A DNA stretch of 64,000 bases from an uncultured virus (IMG/VR IMGVR_UViG_3300044796_000330). Its lineage: Duplodnaviria > Heunggongvirae > Uroviricota > Caudoviricetes. Of the stretch, positions 23,955 through 35,739 are shown piece after piece (within the stretch, counting starts at the first letter, position 1; every line of letters begins with the position of its first letter). The position numbers and the translations under genes are program-made. The stretch is from the IMG/VR virus record IMGVR_UViG_3300044796_000330; one strand, given 5' to 3'. The notes below the pieces were generated by a model that was not told where the DNA came from, did not search any database, and saw nothing but the letters and a program-made list of their open reading frames with translations.

Positions 23955-25163
23955 ATGCAAGTCATAGCTGAAAAAGGTAGCGCGCCCATTAAGGCGTGGG
24001 TCGATGGGGTGGAATTTGAGGAGAGCGCGAAGGCTCAATTGCGGAATTTGGCAGCGATGCCGTTTGTAAAAGCAATTAGTGTGATGCCCGATGTTCACGC
24101 TGGTATTGGCTCCACTGTTGGAACGGTATTTGCAACCGAGGACGTTTTAATTCCCGCAGCCGTAGGTGGAGATATTGGCTGTGGTGTCAATGTTGTTAAA
24201 ACGTCTCTTATGGCGCGCGACCTACCAGACAATCTCAAAGAGCTTCGTTTTATTATGGAGGCCGCTGTTCCATTCGGAAGAACAAATAATGGGGGACCTA
24301 ATGATCGCGGAAGTTGGGGCGATCCTCCGCAGGCAGTATTGGACGCCTGGGTCGATCTCGAACCGACATATCGAAAGATTGTAGAAGGGCATGGGAGAGT
24401 ATCTCACCCTCGCGTCGTCCAACAATTGTCCAGTCTCGGAGGGGGCAATCACTTTCTGGAAAAATGTATCGATAAAGACGGTTGTGTATGGATAATGCTC
24501 CACTCTGGCTCTCGTGGGGTGGGTAATAGTATTGGTTCACATTTCGTTGAGCTTGCCAAAAAAGATATGCAACGATATCATATCAATTTGTCGGATGCTA
24601 ATTTGGCCTATATTCCCGAAGGGTCTCCTAACTTCAAACCTTACGTTGAAGCTATGTTGTGGGCGCAGAAATATGCCAAGGTCAATCGCGAACTAATGAT
24701 GCAGGCAGTTATAACGGCCGTTAATCGTAGCAAACTTGTGCCGAAGTTCACTGTTGACTTCTCTTTTGATTGTTTCCATAATTATTCAGTACAAGAAAGA
24801 CACTTCCATAAAAATCCGTGGATCACTCGAAAAGGGGCGTGTCAGGCGAGGAAAGGAACGTGGGTTGCAATTCCCACATCTATGGGGACAAGAAGCTTCA
24901 TTTGTCGTGGTAAAGGGGATATTGAAAGTTTGACATCGTGCTCACACGGCGGCGGAAGGCGTATGAGCAGAACGCAAGCCATGAACACTTTCTCTGTAAA
25001 AGATCACGAGAAGGCAACAGAGGGGGTTGAGTGCAGAAAAGATCGCGAGGTGATTGAAGAAACGCCCGGCGCATATAAAGATCCTGACGCGATCATTTCT
25101 GCACAAAATCCTCTTGTAGAAGTTGTATATGAATTGAAACAAGTCATCTGCATTAAGGGATAG
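23955..25163 (+). CDS. rtcB: RtcB RNA 3'-phosphate/5'-OH ligase
   Basis: MPDVHAG, DIGCG, LGGGNHF, LHSGSRG, HN, RKGA, SHGGGR, P.AYK, CIKG. Confidence 0.95.
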   Translation: MQVIAEKGSAPIKAWVDGVEFEESAKAQLRNLAAMPFVKAISVMPDVHAGIGSTVGTVFATEDVLIPAAVGGDIGCGVNVVKTSLMARDLPDNLKELRFIMEAAVPFGRTNNGGPNDRGSWGDPPQAVLDAWVDLEPTYRKIVEGHGRVSHPRVVQQLSSLGGGNHFLEKCIDKDGCVWIMLHSGSRGVGNSIGSHFVELAKKDMQRYHINLSDANLAYIPEGSPNFKPYVEAMLWAQKYAKVNRELMMQAVITAVNRSKLVPKFTVDFSFDCFHNYSVQERHFHKNPWITRKGACQARKGTWVAIPTSMGTRSFICRGKGDIESLTSCSHGGGRRMSRTQAMNTFSVKDHEKATEGVECRKDREVIEETPGAYKDPDAIISAQNPLVEVVYELKQVICIKG

Positions 25164-26292
25164 ATGTACTTACTGGCGCTCATTTGAACTACTCCATCGC
25201 TCATAAATGATTGACTATAGTGATCAGATACAATGTCATATGTTTCGTTGTTTGTGCCAATATCAATGGCTCGAACGTGTTCAACAAAAGTATTTTCTGG
25301 TAGATTGATGTAACCTATTTTCTTACCAACAAGTCCTGGTTCACTTATTCTTGCGTCTTCAAGATTTGATGCTTTCTTATCGTGCCAAAGATCAAGATGC
25401 ACCTTGAGTGCAAGGTGAGCATACCACATAAACACCGTACATTGCCCGAAATTTGTAAGTCGATTCGTTTTCTTTGGAGATGACACGCGATATCCTATTG
25501 ATATAGCCAATTCGCGTATATCTATGGCAAGTTGTTCATTGGCGCACGCAATTGTAATCTGCCCGCTTGTATTAGAAACACAACCATCGGAATCAATGTA
25601 TCCGGCGAATACGGCCTCTCTTTCAGCAAGTGGCGCCTCAAAAATATATCTTGGCATTCTTCTTTCTTTAGATGTTCCAAAGACCCCAACTCTTTAATGC
25701 TCTGGTATACAGATTTAGTATTACACGTTAGTCCAAATGCACCTTTCGCGTTATTGTTCCATCGTATGTTTGGAAACATTTCCTCTAACAATGCCAAATA
25801 GCGTACCGTCGCCGCATCCTCTTTACCTCCAATGGCTAACCCGCATGACCATACATTGGTTGTGTTTGCTCTAAACCAACCGTCTCCAAGCCAAGCACCT
25901 ATTAGTCTTGCTACATTAATTCCTCCTACACTTTTCTCGCCACCATAGTATCTATTAGCACATACTATCTTGTCATTAACACAAACGTCATGTGCCCGTT
26001 TCCATTTTAGTGTTCCGACAGATTTCACATCCCAGGATCGAGTTGGATGTGGCAGTCCGTGTTCAACATTTACCGTTGCAATCAATTGATCATGTGGTGT
26101 ATTGATTGACCTGCCTTCTGTTCGAATCATAACGAATCTTTTATTCCCTGTATGAATTTTATTCAGCACTTTCGACACTACAACATTCTTATCACCTAAC
26201 GCATATAAATTATCGCCAATATTGATATTGGCAATTGTGCTTGGTCCTTTTGTAGTTGCTAAAGTATCGCTTGAAATATATTCACTTGGCAT
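25004..26292 (-). pseudogene. Free-standing intein-derived Hint + LAGLIDADG endonuclease, split by a 1-nt frameshift near 25685
   Basis: Hint N-part SSDTLATTKG..IANINIGD; LIGAWLGDG and FAGYIDSDG motifs; C-part TYDI....SF.SDGVV; frames 25522-26292 and 25004-25657 join as ELG/VFGTSKERRMP. Confidence 0.85.
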
Positions 26293-26306
26293 AATTCACC
26301 CTAAAT

Positions 26307-26319
26307 CCTTATATATCAC
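26307..26319 (-). promoter_or_regulatory. GTGATATATAAGG motif upstream of the intein-like gene
   Basis: Identical 13-mer at 55123-55135 (+) upstream of the methyltransferase. Confidence 0.45.
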
Positions 26320-26353
26320 ACGTTTTCAGAATTCAATCGACTCGACGAAATAA

Positions 26354-26935
26354 TTGGACAAATCAATAGTCATGCGCCCCAGGTCATTCGACGTTCTCAT
26401 CGGTCATACAATCAAGTCTCTTGCCGTATCAGAGTGTGATAACTACTTGCGTTTTGATTTGGACGACAAGGTGAATGATCTATCTGGCAATCGTGTGTTC
26501 TGGTGTACGAACAGTGATTGCTGCAATGCCGTATACTTCTATCACATGCAGGGTGTAGATGCTTTGATTGGCGCAAAGATTATTAGTATTGAAGAGAACT
26601 TTGATCGTGGTTTAGATGATGTAGGTGATATGTATGGCACATATCACGGTGTTTCGTGCGATAGCGATGCTCGGAACACAGAAAACAATTGGTACGCAGA
26701 GAAGTTATCTTGGACTTTCATCACAAACAAAGGACGTTTTGTGATCGATGTCCGCAATGATAACAATGGATATTACGGCGGCAATATTGATATGTGCAAC
26801 GAAGAAACCTGCACGAAAACAATTACTTCCGAAGTAAGATTATCTTCAGCAGATTACTATGACGACTTCAGAGGTAGAAATCGCTATCTTCATCAAGTTC
26901 CAGTAAAATGGATCGAAATCACGGACGATAGATAA
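26354..26935 (+). CDS. Hypothetical phage protein
   Basis: SDCC...LIG..I...WTF.T.KG.......NGYYGG pattern resembles a widespread phage family. Confidence 0.65.
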   Translation: MDKSIVMRPRSFDVLIGHTIKSLAVSECDNYLRFDLDDKVNDLSGNRVFWCTNSDCCNAVYFYHMQGVDALIGAKIISIEENFDRGLDDVGDMYGTYHGVSCDSDARNTENNWYAEKLSWTFITNKGRFVIDVRNDNNGYYGGNIDMCNEETCTKTITSEVRLSSADYYDDFRGRNRYLHQVPVKWIEITDDR

Positions 26936-26949
26936 GGAAACAAATCACA

Positions 26950-29670
26950 ATGGCCACCTGTTCAACCTGTGGAAACGAAGACGAAAGCTCTGCCGCAAAG
27001 GGCATATATCACAAGTGCGGACACGACGCATTGCGTGTGATGAATATCAAGTTCCGAGAGATGCTCGATGCGATTGGTGATATCGCGTCCAATCAGAAAC
27101 TTCCTCACGATGAGCGCCTCAATCAGGTTCTCTCGATGATTGGGAAGAAACCACCGACAACCTCAGCGTAATAAACAGCTTGACTACAACGAACCACATG
27201 CGTGCTGTTTGCAGAATGCCATCGACCGCGGCGCGGATTAAAGTTATGACCGACTATATACGCGATTACGCACCTGCAAGGCGAGATCTGAACAGGGTAA
27301 GAGATTACTGTGGTGCATCAGTCGCCGCCATAGTGTATGACTATGCATTGTTTATGGATAATTATCCATACACCGCCAAGATCGATAAATACTTCTCAAA
27401 CAAAGACGTCAGACAACTAACCGACAACTACACCAACTACGTGTGCAAAACACTCGGAATATTCCAATGATCGTTTATATCTTGACTCGAAATGAAAACG
27501 GTGAAACATCCGTATATCCTCCGTTCGAAAGCCAGGATATGGCAAGCGCAGCAGCGGACACTCATATTCGTTGGAGAGTTGGCGAAGGCGACACGATTCA
27601 TCGTGAAACACGCTTCTCTCCGGAGAACACCAAAGTAAGAACCCCAAAGAACACTGAGACTTTGGATGTATCTTGTGTGGTGCGTGAGGTGGAGTTGTGT
27701 AGAACAGGTGGCGGAAGAACCATTTATCGCATCACTCAGCATCCCGTCATCGAGGATGAAGCTCCGTTCTTGCTGACGGTTCGAAAAATCTCACACCAAG
27801 ATTTCTTGGAGGCATAACCAAATGATCAGCTCAGCAGAATTCTTGGCAAGCGAACAAGCCCAAAAGCTTCCCAATTGGGTTAGAGAACATCCGGATTGGA
27901 ATCTCTATCCTACAATTGATAAGGCGTTTCCTGGTATTGGTTTGGTGAATTGTAGGGAGCCTTACACTACAGAGGTTATGGACTATGGGGATAGCGACAT
28001 TGGTGTATTGAAGAAGATGGACATCTGTTTCTCTTCCGACGGTATCGAAGGTATGTGGGACATTGCGACAATGAGTATGCGTGGGGCTATGTCTTGCAGG
28101 CATTGGGACAATCCGCGCGCAAAAGCCCGCTACAATATTGTTGCGGATATGACAAGCCCGATCTTGGGAATCATTTACTTGACTGATGGTAGTATGACCG
28201 AGTATGGGTTGTCGATGAATAAACGCGCTCTCATAAGACTCGAAAGATACTTGCCAAGGGTGCCAGGCACGGCGCCCGACGTTATTTATATGGACAGAAT
28301 CTATATGAAAACAACAAACAGAGATCCACTGGAGTATGTCAATAATGATCCAATTTCGTCAGTAACAAGGGAAGTCTTTAAGTACTTCCTGAGAAATAAG
28401 CTGAACAGCAAAGCAAGAGCACACACGGTCATTCGATAATGTATCTCTGCACTGGATTCATCACCATTCACGACAAGGGCACACTTGCGGTCTCTTGGCG
28501 TGAGCGAGACAAAGAAGACGCTTGGTCTCCGAAAGGACACCGAGGCTACGACGTAAAGTTCGGCTCAAAATCTCATCCTTCGAAGAGCTACCACTTCTAT
28601 GTCAAAACTCTTTGCGATGGTAGAAGAATGCTTGTTGTGTGGGAGATGTGTCAGTATCCAGCTATTGAGTATGAGATTTATGATGTGGAGGTTGTTGTTG
28701 ATCCGGAATATGTTATCGATCGTCAGTATCAAAGACTTGGCGTTCTGTCGGAGCTTAACAGGTCGAGTAGGAGCGCAGGATGAGATCGCAATACATCATC
28801 AGAGAGTATTCAAATGGTGCTCGTGAAGTTGTCGATACAATCAGGTTTCATCGCAAGATCATCTACAACAATCTCAACAAGAACAACCAGTTCGCCGATG
28901 GCGATACTGTTTGGTTTGTGAATGATAAGGTGGTTGCAGTGTGCCCGAATGGCGGGACGAAGAAGGTTTATGATGAGCTTTATGCTGTTTTGCCGCTGGA
29001 TCACGTTGTTTTTCCTGTGATTGGACGTGAGGCAAGCGAATACCATCACAAGCAAACTGTGATGGAAAACCTTCGACAAAACCCAAAGCATTACGATGAT
29101 CATCTTTCTGAGCTTATGAAATGCAACAAATGCGAAGGAGTAGGGTGCGACAAATGCAAAGGCGAGAAGCCAGTTATCAATGAGGCTGCTGTGAAGAATT
29201 TCTTCAAGCTGCCGAAGGACTTTAAGTTGGCGAGCAAAGCCGAAGATATTCAGGGAATGAAAAACGCTGTTAAAGATATGATGAAGGAAAGGGAGCAGTA
29301 GAAAATGGATGCGAAGATTATCTCGCTGGAGATTGTGAGGCAAAAACTTGAGACCAGAAAGAAGGTTGCTTTTTGTTATGAATTGGATCGTTTTATTGTG
29401 AGGCTCAATAACGGGCTTGAACGACGATTGAAGCCAGATAGTATTACTGGATTCTATTGCTATGAGTATCTACCTGACTCAGGTAAACAAGAATTGGAGC
29501 TATATTACGATGAGTTTTTGCAGGAGATCAATAAGCTTCTCTGCCAGTTTGGTTGGGAATTTTTGCCTAAGTCTTATTTCAGAGCATCAAGCTCTTACGC
29601 TGAAACAGCGGCTTCGCCCTTCGTCATATACTTCAAACCAAAAACCGTGCCATCTGACGCGACCACTTGA
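26950..29670 (+). other. Run of hypothetical ORFs (26950-27171, 27180-27470, 27467-27817, 27822-28439, 28439-28783, 28780-29301, 29305-29670)
   Basis: Contiguous + strand ORFs. Confidence 0.55.
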
Positions 29671-29695
29671 CAAGTGCCAACCGAGCGATTAGATT
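29667..29695 (+). promoter_or_regulatory. sigma70-type promoter
   Basis: TTGACA-17 nt-TAGATT. Confidence 0.7.
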
Positions 29696-29704
29696 GGTGG
29701 GGCG

Positions 29705-30094
29705 ATGACTCACCTCGTCCCCCGTCCGCTCTGCAAGGCCTGCCGCTTGTCCTTCACGCCGCTTGACGCTAACCTATGCGTCCAGTGCGCGAAGTCCGCT
29801 GAAGCCAAGGTGGAGCAGCTAACGCATATGATCCAAGATTTCGAGCGCCGATACGATCGAGCATTCGTAAGATCGGATGAAGTGTTTTATGCCGAGTGTG
29901 GTTGCGAAGTAGCGCATTGTGCAGGGCACACAAGCGAGATGAAGGTTGCCGATCCGCAAGTAGTTAGCGGAACATTTGTCGTAGAATACGATGTTGATCT
30001 AAGTGAATTGAGTAGCGAAGACGATGGCGTCGATTCGGTTCTGAACGATGTTGTTGGTGCTATTGAAGAGAGTAGCTTCTCAAAGAGTCGGTAA
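29705..30094 (+). CDS. Zinc-finger protein with acidic tail
   Basis: CKAC..CVQC; D/E-rich C-terminus. Confidence 0.6.
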   Translation: MTHLVPRPLCKACRLSFTPLDANLCVQCAKSAEAKVEQLTHMIQDFERRYDRAFVRSDEVFYAECGCEVAHCAGHTSEMKVADPQVVSGTFVVEYDVDLSELSSEDDGVDSVLNDVVGAIEESSFSKSR

Positions 30095-30121
30095 TCATAA
30101 ACCAGGGGAACGTAAAACACA

Positions 30122-30658
30122 ATGAAAAAACTACTTGGACTCGCATCGATCATCGCTCTTCTTTCCGCCACCAGCATTGCATCTGCCGATGAGCCTGCCG
30201 CCTTTAAGGTCGGTGGAGCTATTGATTTTTCCGTTCCGTCCGGCGCAGCCGTTGGTCTTGACGCAACGTCCCCGAAGTATGTTCCCTGGTTCAAGCTCGG
30301 CGCATCAGCGACTTACCTTCTCGCGCCGGGTTATAGGCTCAACCTACTCGCCGATCCTATTAACTTTCCCGTAGCACCCGTTGTCAATTTTGACGTTGGG
30401 CACCAAACCAGTTTCACAATCCCTCACGTCGATAATTCTCCTACGGTTAACTTCACCTATGAAGAAGTGCAAGGCGGATTTAGATTTGGCAGTCGTGAAG
30501 GTTTTGGATTCCTTCTTATGGGTGGAATGATGCATCTCGACGGAAATGTCTATAACCTTTCCCGCTCTATCTCTGTTGGCGATGGAGTGTCCTTGGGAAA
30601 TCCACATCTATCTTTGTGGGCGCCGGACGCAAAGATTGCATTCAACTGGCTCTTTTGA
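30122..30658 (+). CDS. Putative outer-membrane beta-barrel protein
   Basis: Signal peptide (ASA-D), alternating beta strands, C-terminal AFNWLF (BAM-type signal). Confidence 0.7.
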   Translation: MKKLLGLASIIALLSATSIASADEPAAFKVGGAIDFSVPSGAAVGLDATSPKYVPWFKLGASATYLLAPGYRLNLLADPINFPVAPVVNFDVGHQTSFTIPHVDNSPTVNFTYEEVQGGFRFGSREGFGFLLMGGMMHLDGNVYNLSRSISVGDGVSLGNPHLSLWAPDAKIAFNWLF

Positions 30659-30675
30659 TTAGGAACAATATCACA

Positions 30676-31173
30676 ATGAAACTCAGCAAACTCTTTCTCG
30701 CTTCGCTTCTCTTCGCCGTTGGTTGTGTGTCTGGCACTGCTACTGAGACCGTTAAGCTCGATAACACCGTCTCGTTCTCTGGCTCTCCGCTTCCAGTTGG
30801 CGTGCAAGGAACACTCGAACAAACCGCTCCGGTGGATGTTAGCAACGCCGTAAGCAAGCTCGAAAAATACGGGACACTCAACGTCTCGGTGGATCAGAAT
30901 ACAATCACGGGAGACATTAGCTTTCTCACCCACGTCAAGATTGCCCTCGAAAATCAAACCGCATCAGTCGTTGTATGCGACACCGACATCAATACTACGA
31001 ACACCGTGAATAACTTTCCAGTGAGCGCAAGCGGACAGCAGTTGCTATCTATTCTCAGCGATAGCAATGCCGATCTCCACTTTTGGATCACTGGCTCTGT
31101 GCCGAACAATGGCGCAACTCTCGAAAGCACAATCGTCATTAGCGTGAGCGATAGTGTGAGCAAAGATCTGTGA
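30676..31173 (+). CDS. Putative lipoprotein
   Basis: MKLSK..LFAVG-C lipobox. Confidence 0.7.
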   Translation: MKLSKLFLASLLFAVGCVSGTATETVKLDNTVSFSGSPLPVGVQGTLEQTAPVDVSNAVSKLEKYGTLNVSVDQNTITGDISFLTHVKIALENQTASVVVCDTDINTTNTVNNFPVSASGQQLLSILSDSNADLHFWITGSVPNNGATLESTIVISVSDSVSKDL

Positions 31174-34100
31174 TAGCGAAATGGAGAACCGAATGGGCAT
31201 CGAAAAGCGAATCTACTCTGAGAATGATGGATGAGCGCACTATTGAATTTCTTGAGCAAGAGATTGCAGAGGCGAAGGCTCAACCAGAACCCGATGAAGA
31301 GTGTATTGACTCGTTTGAGTCATACGTCAAACTCTTAAAGAAGAGGTTGGCAAATAGGCAATGAAACAAGTTCTCATCACGACCGCTGCTGGTGGAGAAG
31401 AGCGTATGTATGTGCGCTCGGTCGAGCCTTATTGCATTCTCGACACTCTACTTATGCGCGGTTCTCTCCCTCCCGATGGAGGACTGAAGAAGTTTGATAT
31501 CACTCACAACTCAACAAGTCTTCGCATTGAAGACCTCATCACAGGCGATCTCGTCCTGACCTGTTCGTTCGAAAAGGAATAACAATGTCTGTTCAGCAAA
31601 TCAAATCTGTCGTTGCGAAGCGTGAAAATGGTAGCACTTACTTGGAGCCCCGTTGGGCTGTCTTTTGCGATCAATGCAAGAACGTTTGCGATAAGGATGT
31701 GAATGAGGCGGGTCTTGCTGACTATCACGCTCGCCGAGCTGGATATAAGACCGTGAATCTCGGAACAGGAAAGTCAATGCGATGGGTGTGTCCGATTTGC
31801 GCAAGACGTCTCGCTCGAAAAGTCATCGCCTAATCAAAGCCTTCAAGTGGGTTCTCGTCGGGCAGGTTCTATACACATTCACCTATGGGTATATGACCAC
31901 GTTGGTAATTGGCGCTGCGTCCATTAGCATAGCTCTTCTCTTTCACCTATACATCAAGATCATCAACCGAATACTGGAGAGCTAAAAAGAATGACGACGA
32001 AGGCAATTACGGTTAGGGCACGCCCGCGCATCGCGCATCGGTTCATCGTCGATGCGCCAAATGCGAATGCGTCGCTATTGCATCAGCTCTGTTGCAAGAA
32101 GTGCAATGTATTCTGGGCTTTCGTTGATTTCAATCTGTGTAGGATGTGCCTCGGAAAAGAACGAGCAAACCCAACAACTCCATTTGGGATCACATAATGT
32201 GCCAACTTGACGAACACGAACGCACTCACTCGCAAGAGCGTAAGTATGTTCCGTATATGTCCGCTCCATATATTCCGGTAAAGAAAAAGAAGATGGGCAA
32301 GCTTAAGGCAATCGCAATCTCGATCGCTGAGGCCATCGGTTCTATTGTGCTCATTGCGCTTGTGCTGGCTGGATTGGGCGCTTTGGCTGATTCGGCAGCC
32401 GATAAAATCGGTAAGGCTCCCGTGATTCTGGTTATGGCGGGCTTGACATTAGCGTGGATGTTTGCTATGTTCTATTCGGTTAACAAGGAGAATGACTAAT
32501 GGCGAAGTATGAGATTTGGTTGAAGGAGAATCTTGGCGCTCGGGTGGCAAAGCCAGAGAGCACATATTTTACGCCCGATGTTGCAATGGACGAGGCGAAG
32601 AAACTCTCCAAGGGATATACAGAAGAGAATTGGCACGATTGGCTCAACAATACTTCTACACCGATCAAGGTGCCGAAGAGTGTTGCTGTCATTGTTCGCG
32701 ATACCGATACAACCACTCTTGGTTGGGGCATCGGTGGCAAGTGGTATACGGTGAGGGCTGATTGCAAGCGATGTAAGAATACTGGAATGGATCCCACAAC
32801 CTGGATTGACTTTTGCACTTCGTGCAAGGGTGCCTCGTTCAAACCAGCAGTTTGACCTATGGTGATCAAGAGCTTCAATCAAATCACGTGCGAGATAAGA
32901 GCTGAGGCGCGTCCTTTAAGCCTAACCAACATCAAAACAACAAGAGCTACTATACAATGAAAGTGTCATTCACTCGTGGAAGCTTCCACTATGTCTTCGA
33001 CAGAAGCGTTGATCATTCTCAATCGCGCGAAGACATTCAAGTCAAGAAAACCGATTGCATTACGCTCATTAGCGTTGTTGATACACGATACGGTAAAGAA
33101 GTAGAGCCGAGGGCACATAAAGCATCTCTCACAAGAGACGCTTGGGAACGTTTGCTCAAAGATGTGAAGGTCTATACGTGCTCCATCTGCGGGGACTATT
33201 GCCCGAAGGGTGAGTGCGTTAACAAACGCTACCATTTTCCGAATGGGAAACCAAAGTGATTAACGAACTAATCAAGGGCATCCTGTTTGTTGCTGTGAGC
33301 GACTTCCGTGAGAAGGTCGGTCGAACCATTGTAGCTACCCCAAACCAAAAGCTTGGCGCTCTGGTTGGTGGTGTGCATGATTACTATTGCCAGGGGATTT
33401 ACGCCACCAACAAATGGCTTGAAGTTGCTGATATGGCAACTGTCGAATTGAACAATGACAGCTCCTCTTCGTAGAGAAGTCGCCGAATATCTCGATGAGA
33501 CAAGCGCGTTCCTGAAAAAGGAACGTGATGATTTTGCTCAGCTTATGAGCGAGGGTATGGAACTATTCATGTTGGATGACAGGAAGCTCGCCGATGAGCT
33601 TGAGATATTGCCATTCACAATTGAGTCTTGGCGAAAACAACACTCTATTCCACTTACAACGATGCAGCACATTGCGATTAAGAAACTACGCGCCCATGCC
33701 CCGGAGTATGAGAACCACTACAACATTGTGTGGAGTAAATATACGGATAAGAGATACGAGACCCGCGAGAAGCCAATAAGGTATTATGCGAAGCGTATCT
33801 CTTATTGGCACGAACATTGGCTCATTACAAACGCAACAGATGGTTGTTGGAGTTATTCTGGGGACTTGTGTTGGGGTCTTTGGGATAGTCGAAATGGACT
33901 TGTTTTGGAGAGCGTGTCTCCTAATCTTCTCTTTGCCTGCGCGCGAGAAAAGATACTGGAGGAATCGGCACAATCTATGTCAGAGTTTGAATTTGAGGTG
34001 GTATGATGAATGGCGATGACATCGGTAAGATGATTATAGTTGCTGTCTTTATTTGTTTGGTTGTGTTTGGTTTTAAGTTTGCGGCGGCAGATGGGAAGTT

Positions 34101-34899
34101 CGACTACTGTTATATTGCTGCTGATAATAGAAGAGAACAGACTTTCTATCTGAGAGAACACGTTCCTTGGCGCGAGGACAGGTATCTAATGCCAGTCGCA
34201 TCGATCGATGAGGCAAAAGAACAAGCTGCGAAACTTGGTTGCGAAATCCACTGATGAAACTCTACCATACCATTCGAGTTGGTGTAAGCGGAGTAATCAA
34301 GGTTCCTTCTTCGTTGCCGGAGGAGTTGGCGGTCTATGTCTTGAAGGACAAAGCTTTTGGTTCTTTTAAGGCGTCCGTTAAAGAGATGATGGCGGAAAGC
34401 AAGTAATATGGCACGACGTAAATGCTATAGTGGTTCCGGCGCACTTACCAAAGAATACATTCGGACGGTTTGCGTAATACTACACGGCGAATGCCGCCAA
34501 CAACTTCTCGCCGCAAAACTATCCAAAGGATCTGACGGATTTCTTTCATTGTGTGCGTTAGCTATTGCTATTGCCACTGCCAAAATGGTTGATGACTACA
34601 ATTGGGAAGATCCTATCTACAATGATAGATACGCATTGGCTGCTCTACTAAGCACATCGCTATGAGACAAGAAGCGAAATATCAATACACAAACGATGAT
34701 CTCCGATAAGATAAGCCCAAACCTTCTCTTTGCGTTTCAGCAGTTTGATGGTCCGTTCGATATAGAGGTTAGGTTTTACAACGTTTGTCATTATGACTCC
34801 TTTACGAAGCAAGAGATTATTAACCTATCGCGCTGGGACAATGTGTCCTATTTGATGTTCGATCCGCGAATCAAGGATAGGCGTTGGCGTAAAAGATGA
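31170..34899 (+). other. Run of small hypothetical ORFs, several with zinc-finger motifs (incl. 31585-31833, 32499-32855, 32957-33259, 33455-34006)
   Basis: Coupled ORFs; 32499 ends in a DnaJ-type CxxCxxxG...CxxCxG motif. Confidence 0.55.
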
Positions 34900-35213
34900 A
34901 CGAGCGCAAAATTGTTATCGATACCTTCGTGGGTATCCCTCACGAGAGGGTGAAGGTTCGTGGGCGGATAATTAAGCGGATTTGCAGGGAAAAATGGGGC
35001 AAAGGAGCGAAATCGCTCTACGTGGTCTTGACTGACAATTCGAACGTGATTACATTCAATAGCCCAGGGAAATTTACCGTGGGCGCCGAATACGACATTA
35101 CCGGCATCGTAAAACGGCATAGAACTTTTGGCAACAAGAACCAAACGCATCTGAGCGATTGGACAATAACAAAACACTTCGAGAGAAAGAGAACAGATAA
35201 TGAATCCTTTTAA
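34896..35213 (+). CDS. Single OB-fold-like protein
   Basis: FVG...ERV.V.G.I......WG.......D...N..........VG....ITG.VK.H..F....QT.L. Confidence 0.55.
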   Translation: MNERKIVIDTFVGIPHERVKVRGRIIKRICREKWGKGAKSLYVVLTDNSNVITFNSPGKFTVGAEYDITGIVKRHRTFGNKNQTHLSDWTITKHFERKRTDNESF

Positions 35214-35721
35214 CGTTGGAGATATCGTAGCAACCACACCGGCAATGGCAACCCAGCGAGCAGGGGGTCGCGTGAAGTATATTGCCTGCTACGCGGCAAC
35301 AGGAAAAGGCGGAGCAACCTGCAATAAGAAGACCTGCTCGCACCTTTCCACAAACGATTATGTTTGGGTTGAGTGGCCGAATGGTGCTGGCACATTCTCC
35401 TATATCTATGGCGAGCTTATGCTTGATTCTACCTTCGCCAACTCCTCTACCTTCGCCAACTCCTCTACCTTCGCCAACTCCTCAGCGCAGCCCACTGCTA
35501 CTTCTCCTGCAAATGGAGGCGCCTCTGCGCTCGATACTGACGATCTTGCGGTGCCCGTTAAAGGCAAGTCTTCATCCACAGACGAGATCATCAAGTCCTT
35601 TAAGAAGGGGATTGAGGATCTGCACATCGACAAAGAGCGAATTCCCAAGGATGAGAAGTTCAATTGGGAGAAGTATAACGGCTTTGATAAGACGGGCCGC
35701 ACCGCCAAGCCGAAGTTCTAA
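35200..35721 (+). CDS. Hypothetical protein with distant SH3-like N-terminus and low-complexity linker
   Basis: VGDIV...VWVEW...Y..EL. Confidence 0.6.
   Translation: MNPFNVGDIVATTPAMATQRAGGRVKYIACYAATGKGGATCNKKTCSHLSTNDYVWVEWPNGAGTFSYIYGELMLDSTFANSSTFANSSTFANSSAQPTATSPANGGASALDTDDLAVPVKGKSSSTDEIIKSFKKGIEDLHIDKERIPKDEKFNWEKYNGFDKTGRTAKPKF
35428..35481 (+). repeat. 18-nt tandem repeat x3 (STFANS)
   Basis: TCTACCTTCGCCAACTCC three times, in frame. Confidence 0.95.
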
Positions 35722-35739
35722 ATCAATCTAAATCCCATT

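Noticed and set aside
23955..25163. Intein inside RtcB
   Set aside because: RtcB is continuous and of normal length. The intein-like sequence is separate and on the opposite strand.
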